Notes under the pieces: model-generated
Seen by the model: only the letters and a program-made list of their open reading frames with translations
Database searches by the model: none
Told to the model about the DNA's origin: nothing
Made by a program: the position numbers and the translations under genes
Assembly (NCBI GenBank): GCA_049973735.1
Contig: JBMFJL010000014.1
Coordinates: forward strand, 1 to 10,119
Reading direction: 5' to 3'
DNA from: Nanopusillaceae archaeon
GTDB taxonomy: Archaea; Nanobdellota; Nanobdellia; Nanobdellales; Nanobdellaceae
DNA length: 10,119 nt
Part shown: one piece after another, positions 1 to 5,388 of the stretch
How the letters are laid out: each line of letters begins with the position of its first letter
How positions within the stretch are numbered: the first letter of the stretch is position 1

Positions 1-326
1 CTTCTAATATATTCAATTATTTGTTTTTTCTTTTCTTCTAAAAGTTCTCTCTTATATTCCGTAGGCAATGGTATGTCTGTATTTTTTATTATTTCTTCTG
101 CTACCTTTAATATATCTTCAGTTCCAAAAGTCTTTTTTAAAGATTCTATTGATGCTCTTTCGCCTTTTTTAGCATCTTTAAATATTTCTTGAACAACCAA
201 TACCTCTCCTATATTTTTGATTTTTCCTTCTTTATATTCTAGAGCCTTTCTTAAATATACTATTATTTCAAAGTTATAGTTGTTCTTTTTATATTTTAAG
301 ATTATTTCTTGATCTTTATCCTTCAT
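1..326 (-). CDS. sdo1: Ribosome maturation protein, SBDS/Sdo1 family; N-terminal 108 codons only, gene runs off the left edge
   Basis: Hand translation of the minus strand from ATG at 326 gives MKDKDQEIILKYKKNNYNFEIIVYLRKALEYKEGKIKNIGEVLVVQEIFKDAKKGERASIESLKKTFGTEDILKVAEEIIKNTDIPLPTEYKRELLEEKKKQIIEYIR with no stop to position 1. The blocks FEI-V, EGK, VFKDAxKGxxAS, FGTxD and LPxxxxRELLEEKKKQI match the archaeal SBDS N-terminal (FYSH) domain as I remember it, e.g. the M. jannaschii homologue. The ATG overlaps the psmA stop by 11 nt (ATGAAGGATAA). SBDS next to psmA is the conserved archaeal order. Not in the supplied ORF track because it is edge-truncated. Confidence 0.8.
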   Translation of the reverse strand, partial: MKDKDQEIILKYKKNNYNFEIIVYLRKALEYKEGKIKNIGEVLVVQEIFKDAKKGERASIESLKKTFGTEDILKVAEEIIKNTDIPLPTEYKRELLEEKKKQIIEYIR

Positions 327-1032
327 AAAATTCTTTTATTTGATGATTTTGTAATATCTTTACTTTTTCTCCAACTTTTACATATCCTACAATTGTTCTT
401 TCATATGTGAAGTTATCCTTTAACAATTCTTTTAGTAAGTCTATACCATATCTTATTGCTTCTTCAGTTTTCATTTCTTTATAATTTTCTTCAAGTATTT
501 TCAATATTTTGTCTTCCCCTTCACCAATTACTGTCCCTAAAGTTCTATAAAATATTCCTGCAGGATCTAATATATAGAGTTTTGGAATTCCAGTTTTGTC
601 TATTCCCCCAATAATTAAGGAAACACCAAATGGTCTTACTCCACTATATCTTGTATCTAAATGCATTATATCACTTATTTCCCTTACAAGTAAATCAACT
701 TCTATATTTTTTCCGTAAGTTACCTTATATTCTTGTGCAATATGTCTTGCATAATCAATAAGAACTCTGCCATCTGGAATAAATCCTGCATAAGTTCCTA
801 GAATGGTATCATCAATTTCTAATATCTTTTCAATGTAGTCCGAAACTACCAATTTATTTGGTATTTTTTTATCTGCTACAATAACTACTCCATCTTTTGC
901 AACAAGCCCTATTGCTGTAGATCCTGACTTTACTGTCTGTCTTGCGTATTCTATTTGTAATATTCTACCTTCCGGAGAGAAAAACATTCCAAATCTATCG
1001 AATGGACTTGAAGGACCTATTTCACCATCCAT
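316..1032 (-). CDS. psmA: Proteasome (20S) alpha subunit
   Basis: 238-aa ORF. The N-terminal alpha-type signature FDRFGMFFSPEGRILQIEYA resembles [20 protein letters not shown] of the Thermoplasma alpha subunit. It is followed by KSGSTAIGL and YSGVRPFGVSLIIGG. There is no beta-type Thr1 propeptide. The genomic context (Pop5-like upstream, SBDS downstream) is canonical. Confidence 0.95.
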   Translation of the reverse strand: MDGEIGPSSPFDRFGMFFSPEGRILQIEYARQTVKSGSTAIGLVAKDGVVIVADKKIPNKLVVSDYIEKILEIDDTILGTYAGFIPDGRVLIDYARHIAQEYKVTYGKNIEVDLLVREISDIMHLDTRYSGVRPFGVSLIIGGIDKTGIPKLYILDPAGIFYRTLGTVIGEGEDKILKILEENYKEMKTEEAIRYGIDLLKELLKDNFTYERTIVGYVKVGEKVKILQNHQIKEFYEG

Positions 1033-1044
1033 TTTAAAAAAATT

Positions 1045-1323
1045 TTATGATATATTTAAAAATTGTTTTATACTTTTTATTGTTTTAAATACTTTTATTA
1101 TTTTTGAATTTTGGAGATAGAGTACAAATAATACTTTATGTAATTTTTTTCTATTTGTTGATATCACAAAAAAATCACTTATTTTCCATATTTTTATATT
1201 TGAATCTAAAAAATCTATATAACCAAAAAATTTTATATAATCTATTTTTAATCTATTCTTATCTAAATTTTCTACTAATATATATCTTCTTTTTATTTTT
1301 AATGATCCTGGAAGCTTTACCAA
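1045..1323 (-). CDS. rnp2: Probable RNase P protein component 2 (Pop5/Rnp2-like), unusually short (92 aa), TTG start
   Basis: The N-terminus (M)VKLPGSLKIKRRYILVE matches the Pop5 signature LPxxLRxxxRYIxFE (P. horikoshii Pop5: LPPTLRDKKRYIAFKV, from memory). Later blocks (FFVISTNRKKLHKVLFVL, and a basic C-terminal KSIKQF) align loosely. Position directly upstream of psmA is where Pop5 sits in the archaeal superoperon. There is no in-frame ATG, so the only usable start is TTG at 1323-1321, which overlaps the tfb stop by 7 nt. Sequence similarity is weak, hence moderate confidence. Confidence 0.55.
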   Translation of the reverse strand: MVKLPGSLKIKRRYILVENLDKNRLKIDYIKFFGYIDFLDSNIKIWKISDFFVISTNRKKLHKVLFVLYLQNSKIIKVFKTIKSIKQFLNIS

Positions 1324-2249
1324 TTGTCTTCGCTATTTAATTTTTGTTCAATTTCTTTTAAATTAAGCTTTTCTAACATTTCCTTATATCTATTTCTTAT
1401 TGTTACTTCTGTAATTCCAGCTACTTCTGCTATATCTTTTTGTGTTTTTTGTATTCCATGCTTTACACATGCTAAATATATTGCTGCTGCAGCTACTCCT
1501 GCAGGACCTCTTCCTGCAGTTATATCTGCTTGTTTTGCTTTTTCAACTATTTCTACTGCAGTTGCTACAACTTCTGGTGGTAAGTTTAATAGTGAAGAAA
1601 ATCTATGTACATATTCTACTACATCAATTGGTGATATCTTTAATCCAAGTGCTTGAACTAAATGTTTATAAGTTCTACCTAATTCTTTTTTATGTATATT
1701 AGCAGCATTTGTAATTTCATCAATTGTTCTGGCAACGTCATGCATTCTACATGCAATATATACACATGCAGCTACAACATTCTCTATAGATCTCCCCCTT
1801 ATCAATCCCTTTTCAACCGCTTCTAAATATAATCTTAATGCTGTTTCTTCAACTTGCTTTGGTAATTGTAGGAAAGATGAAATTCTTTTTAATTCTTGTT
1901 GGGCTAATTTTAAATTTCTTTCATAAGAGCTGGTTGATCTTTGTTGCCATTTTTTCAATTTTCTTATCAATAGCGTGTCTTCTACGGTATTTCCAGCTTC
2001 TGTCTTTCCAATTTCTGTAGATAAAGAGCTTGCCATGTTTGAAAACTTTATTGCGCTTCCAGTTCTAGATCTCTTTTCTATATCGTCAGAGTCAATTGTT
2101 CTATATTCTTTACCTAGATATGGTACTTGTTCTATTACATAACCACATTTTGTACATATTAGCTCTGCTGTTTTCTCGTTGTATATAAATTCTTTACTAC
2201 CACATACGGGACACTTAAGTTCCTCTTTTCTTATAAGCTTTTGAACCAT
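1317..2249 (-). CDS. tfb: Transcription initiation factor B (TFB, TFIIB homologue)
   Basis: 310 aa from the ATG at 2249 (MVQKLIRKEELK...). N-terminal Zn ribbon C-x2-C-x15-C-x2-C (CPVCGS...CTKCG). Two cyclin-fold repeats (RGRSIENVVAACVYIACR and GRGPAGVAAAAIYLAC). C-terminal HTH-like AGITEVTIRNRYKEM. The ORF-track start at 2315 adds 22 low-complexity residues that cover the predicted TATA box, so I prefer 2249. Confidence 0.95.
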   Translation of the reverse strand: MVQKLIRKEELKCPVCGSKEFIYNEKTAELICTKCGYVIEQVPYLGKEYRTIDSDDIEKRSRTGSAIKFSNMASSLSTEIGKTEAGNTVEDTLLIRKLKKWQQRSTSSYERNLKLAQQELKRISSFLQLPKQVEETALRLYLEAVEKGLIRGRSIENVVAACVYIACRMHDVARTIDEITNAANIHKKELGRTYKHLVQALGLKISPIDVVEYVHRFSSLLNLPPEVVATAVEIVEKAKQADITAGRGPAGVAAAAIYLACVKHGIQKTQKDIAEVAGITEVTIRNRYKEMLEKLNLKEIEQKLNSEDNW

Positions 2250-2271
2250 TATAAGGTTTTTAAAAATTATG

Positions 2272-2287
2272 CTTATAAACTTAACTT
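2272..2287 (-). promoter_or_regulatory. Candidate BRE/TATA box of tfb (leaderless geometry)
   Basis: The minus strand reads AAGTTAAG-TTTATAAG. The TATA-like octamer (plus coordinates 2272-2279) is centred about 26 nt upstream of the tfb ATG at 2249, and a purine-rich stretch sits just upstream of it. No Shine-Dalgarno motif lies between them. AT-rich background makes any TATA call tentative. Confidence 0.45.
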
Positions 2288-2409
2288 TTTTAAATATTAT
2301 CGATAGATAAAACACTTACCGATGACTAAATGGAAAAATATCGTTAAAAAATATTATTTTTGTAATGATAATTAAAGAAAGAAATCTTAATAAAATAAAC
2401 ATTCTAAGA

Positions 2410-3390
2410 TTATTTACTAACAATGGCATCAAAAGTTTTTCTCAACCATATTACAGAAAATATTAAGAAAGTTATAATTATTACTTGAATAGGATTAAAT
2501 ATTATTGAAAATATAGGTAGCAAAGATAGAGTTATTAGCATTGGAATATAAAATTGCAATTTAGATATGATCAAAATATCTCCTATGAATTTATTAGAGT
2601 AAGAATAGCCCCTCCTTATTGATATATATGGAGATAAGATCATACCTAGAGGTATTATTGACATATAAGTGAAGAAGAATAGATAGTAGAAGAAGTATTT
2701 TGTAAATCCAAATAAAAGTGGGTTAATAGTAGAAAAATATTTCAAGTAGGAATAAAAAATCCACAGTAATAATAAGGAAATAAATACAATTCTTATAAGT
2801 TCTGAGTTTGAGACCTCAAGATTTCTAGATCTACCTATTCTTTTGTATTCTATAATTACTGGTTTTAATGAAAATATGATGGGTACAAAATATCCAAAAG
2901 ATATTAAAGAAATAAATATCGTTAAAATATAGCTTAGATTTATTCTTTTTGCAATAGTTATGTTTATAGTATCCTTTTTTTCTTTTTTAGACCTTTCCAA
3001 GTATATTCTATAAAATAATAAGAATAATAAATATGAAACAACTAGTAGAAAAAGGTCATTATTAAATAAGAAAAATAATATTATAAGAGCAATTATTGGA
3101 ATGAATATTTTCTCTAAAGGGTTTTCTCTTGGATAAATTAATTTCTTTATTTCTGCTGTAACCAATGGTAGATTTATATATAGACCATACCATGATCCAA
3201 CGATATTAAATATAAATAATGTTATCAGATAAGATAGAAAAGTAAAAATTATGGAAAAGAGTAGATTAATTATGCCCAACTGTATAGTATACCAGGAATT
3301 GAAAGATAAAAAGAATGCAACTATTATCAAATAGTAAACAACATTTCTATCGATTTTAATATATTCGAACATTATAAATTTATAGATCAT
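2410..3390 (-). CDS. Hypothetical polytopic membrane protein (about 8-10 TM segments), no recognisable family
   Basis: I trimmed the ORF to the ATG at 3390 (MIYKFIMFEYIKIDRN...; an alternative ATG is at 3372). The 100 codons upstream in the track ORF (3391-3690) are antisense to the conserved lonB 5' end. 326 aa, with repeated 18-25-residue I/L/F/Y-rich hydrophobic stretches separated by short K/R-rich loops (RSKKEKKD, YKRIGRSRN, SIRRGYSY). It contains no Cys or His by my reading, so it has no HExxH, archaeosortase or rhomboid-type catalytic motifs. Confidence 0.7.
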   Translation of the reverse strand: MIYKFIMFEYIKIDRNVVYYLIIVAFFLSFNSWYTIQLGIINLLFSIIFTFLSYLITLFIFNIVGSWYGLYINLPLVTAEIKKLIYPRENPLEKIFIPIIALIILFFLFNNDLFLLVVSYLLFLLFYRIYLERSKKEKKDTINITIAKRINLSYILTIFISLISFGYFVPIIFSLKPVIIEYKRIGRSRNLEVSNSELIRIVFISLLLLWIFYSYLKYFSTINPLLFGFTKYFFYYLFFFTYMSIIPLGMILSPYISIRRGYSYSNKFIGDILIISKLQFYIPMLITLSLLPIFSIIFNPIQVIIITFLIFSVIWLRKTFDAIVSK

Positions 3391-3427
3391 TGTAATTTTT
3401 ATATTTTTATAGGTTAAAATATGGTAT
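3391..3427. promoter_or_regulatory. 37-bp divergent promoter spacer between the membrane-protein gene and lonB
   Basis: The sequence is tgtaatttttatatttttataggttaaaatatggtat. TTTTTATATTTTTATA (about 3396-3411) lies about 25 nt upstream of the lonB ATG at 3428. ATATTTTAAC on the opposite strand (about 3413-3422) lies about 25-30 nt upstream of the minus-strand ATG at 3390. The two TATA-like elements must share this tiny spacer. Confidence 0.4.
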
Positions 3428-5293
3428 ATGAATAACGAAGGTATTATATCTGTAAAGGATTTATTCAATATATTTAATTTTAAAACTACCGAAGAAATAA
3501 AGGTACCTGAAAAAATTTCTGAGCAAATTATTGGACAAGATGAGGCTTTGGAAATAATAAAAAAAGCTGCCAAACAAAGGAGAAATATACTATTAATAGG
3601 AGATCCTGGTACTGGTAAGTCTATGCTAGCCCAAGCATTGGCAGAAATTTTGTCAGAAGATAAGGATTTAGTGAATAGTTTAGAGGACATAGTTGTATTT
3701 CCAAATCCTCAAGATGAATTTAATCCAATAGTTAGAACATTCCCAGCTGGAGTTGGTAGAAAAATTGTAGAGGATATGAGGAAAAAATTAATTGAACAAG
3801 CAAAGGCATTTCAGTATTTTTATATAATATTACTACTAATTTCTGCGTTAACTCCAATGTATTTTTACTACATTGGTAATTATATAATGGCAGGTGCTAC
3901 TTTTGTAGGATTAATGATATTAATGCTGGGTATGTCCTTTTCAATGCAATTTGTTCAAAGACAAATACTTAAAAATTTACCAAAAATCATTGTAGATAAT
4001 TCTGAAAGAAAATCTGTTCCATTTATAGATGCTACTGGTGCATTTGAAGGCATGTTGTTTGGTGATGTTTTACATGATCCATACCAGTCCGGAGGTTTGG
4101 AGACGCCACCGCATCAAAGAGTAATTGCAGGCGCAATACATAAGGCAAATAAGGGTGTATTGTTTATAGATGAAATTGGAACATTGAGACCAGAAGTGCA
4201 AATTGAGTTACTAACTGTAATGCAAGAAAAGAAATATCCTATATTTGGTAGATCTGAGAGATCTGCAGGATCTATGGTAAGAACAACACCAGCTCCAGCA
4301 GATTTTGTATTAGTAGCAGCTGGAAATATAGAAACATTAAAGAATCTTCATCCAGCTTTTAGATCAAGAATTAGAGGATATGGATATGAAGTATTTATGA
4401 AGAATGAAGTACCATTTACCAAGGAAAATGCATTAAAGTTTGCACAATTTGTAGCCCAAGAGGTTAAAAAAACAGGTAATATACCACATTTCACAAAGGA
4501 AGCAGTTATAGAAATAATAAGAGAAGCTCAGAGAAGGTCTGGCAGAAAATCATATTTAACATTAAGATTAAGAGATTTAGGTGGATTAGTAAGACTGGCT
4601 GGAGATATTGCGAAATCAAAAGGTAAGAAATATGTAGAACCAGAAGATGTTATTGAAGCAAAAGAAAAAGCATTGAGCTTAGAAGAACAAATTTCAAAAT
4701 ACTATATTAAAAAGAAAAAAGAGTATCAAGTAATTAAGACAGAAGGTTATTCAATAGGAAGGGTGAATGGATTGGGGGTAATTGGAACAAATTTATATTA
4801 TTCTGGAATAGTATTGCCTGTTGAGGCAGAGGTAGTCCCTGGAAAAGGTTTAGGAAAAGTAATTGCTACGGGAAATTTGGGAAAAATAGCAAAAGAAGCA
4901 ATAATAAATGTTTCAGCTGTTATAAAAAAGAAATTTAATGAAGATTTAAAGAGATATAATGTTCATGTTCAATTTTTGCAAACATATGAAGGTGTTGAAG
5001 GGGATTCAGCATCTATAACCGTTGCTACAGCAATAATTTCTGCACTTAAAAATTGGCCAGTTAGACAAGATATAGCAATGACAGGATCCTTATCTATAAG
5101 AGGGGAAGTATTACCAGTGGGTGGGGTGATAGCAAAGATCGAAGCTGCAATTGATGCTGGATTAAAAGAAGTTATAATACCAGAAGGGAACTACAATGAT
5201 GTACCAGATGAATTATTTGAAAAGATAAAGATAACACCTGTAAAGGATATAGATGAAGTAATAAAGATTGCACTAAAAACAAGTAATTTCTGA
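3428..5293 (+). CDS. lonB: Archaeal membrane-anchored ATP-dependent Lon protease (LonB type)
   Basis: 621 aa. Walker A is GDPGTGKS (aa 58-65, nt 3599-3622). Two hydrophobic helices (aa about 128-173, nt 3809-3946) are inserted between Walker A and Walker B (GVLFIDEIG, aa 243-251), which is the LonB hallmark. The protease domain carries EGDSAS (Ser527, nt 5006-5008) and [10 protein letters not shown] (Lys570, nt 5135-5137). The Ser-Lys spacing of 43 residues matches characterised LonB enzymes as I recall them. Stop is TGA followed by in-frame TAA. Confidence 0.95.
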   Translation: MNNEGIISVKDLFNIFNFKTTEEIKVPEKISEQIIGQDEALEIIKKAAKQRRNILLIGDPGTGKSMLAQALAEILSEDKDLVNSLEDIVVFPNPQDEFNPIVRTFPAGVGRKIVEDMRKKLIEQAKAFQYFYIILLLISALTPMYFYYIGNYIMAGATFVGLMILMLGMSFSMQFVQRQILKNLPKIIVDNSERKSVPFIDATGAFEGMLFGDVLHDPYQSGGLETPPHQRVIAGAIHKANKGVLFIDEIGTLRPEVQIELLTVMQEKKYPIFGRSERSAGSMVRTTPAPADFVLVAAGNIETLKNLHPAFRSRIRGYGYEVFMKNEVPFTKENALKFAQFVAQEVKKTGNIPHFTKEAVIEIIREAQRRSGRKSYLTLRLRDLGGLVRLAGDIAKSKGKKYVEPEDVIEAKEKALSLEEQISKYYIKKKKEYQVIKTEGYSIGRVNGLGVIGTNLYYSGIVLPVEAEVVPGKGLGKVIATGNLGKIAKEAIINVSAVIKKKFNEDLKRYNVHVQFLQTYEGVEGDSASITVATAIISALKNWPVRQDIAMTGSLSIRGEVLPVGGVIAKIEAAIDAGLKEVIIPEGNYNDVPDELFEKIKITPVKDIDEVIKIALKTSNF

Positions 5294-5298
5294 TAAAC

Positions 5299-5312
5299 TT
5301 TTAAATTTTTTT
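5299..5312 (+). terminator. Oligo-T tract downstream of lonB (candidate archaeal terminator), overlapping a TATA-like box for the next gene
   Basis: cTTTTaaaTTTTTTTc starts 6 nt after the lonB stop, with T4 at 5299-5302 and T7 at 5306-5312. Archaeal termination typically occurs at oligo-T runs. The same TTTTAAATTTT is centred about 25 nt upstream of the ATG at 5329, so it may double as the promoter of the surface-protein gene. Confidence 0.35.
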
Positions 5313-5328
5313 CAGTAATCTTTATGGT

Positions 5329-5388
5329 ATGAGTAAAAAATATATAATACTATTAAGTTTTCTATTTATATCTGGTTCTATATATTCA
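5329..5388 (+). other. N-terminal Sec-type signal peptide of the giant ORF
   Basis: MSKK (basic n-region), YIILLSFLFISGSI (h-region), then YS|Q. There are small or aliphatic residues at -1 and -3 (I-Y-S). Predicted cleavage is after Ser20. Confidence 0.7.

Noticed and set aside
1104-2020. Plus-strand track ORFs 1104-1340, 1324-1656, 1442-1702 and 1838-2020
   Set aside because: All lie antisense to the confidently identified Pop5-like and tfb genes. Their translations are low-complexity L/F/I/S strings typical of shadow ORFs in AT-rich DNA. Some depend on TTG starts, and none has a recognisable motif.
2298-2305. Perfect 8-bp palindrome TATCGATA about 20 nt upstream of the tfb TATA box, a possible operator
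   Set aside because: It is a single short palindrome with no second half-site or repeat. It is easily produced by chance, and I cannot support a regulator-binding claim from sequence alone.
2250-2315. A 22-codon N-terminal extension of tfb (track start at 2315)
   Set aside because: The extension (MFYLSIIFKKVKFISIIFKNLI) is not part of any TFB I know and precedes the Zn ribbon unnaturally. It also covers the TATA-like box located 26 nt upstream of the internal ATG at 2249.
2316-2409. Possible small RNA (C/D box sRNA or tRNA) in the longest non-coding stretch (2250-2409)
   Set aside because: GATGAC (about 2331) and TAATGATA (about 2365) resemble C/C' boxes only loosely. There is no CTGA D or D' box at the right spacing, no terminal stem, and the region is too AT-rich for a tRNA cloverleaf. 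The oligo-T runs on the minus strand are better explained as terminators of the upstream membrane-protein gene, followed by the tfb promoter.
3391-3690. The N-terminal 100 codons of the 426-aa track ORF (2410-3690, minus strand)
   Set aside because: This part is antisense to the conserved 5' end of lonB, including its Walker A codons. It is not hydrophobic like the rest of the protein. It would also eliminate any promoter space. The membrane protein plausibly starts at the ATG at 3390 (or 3372).
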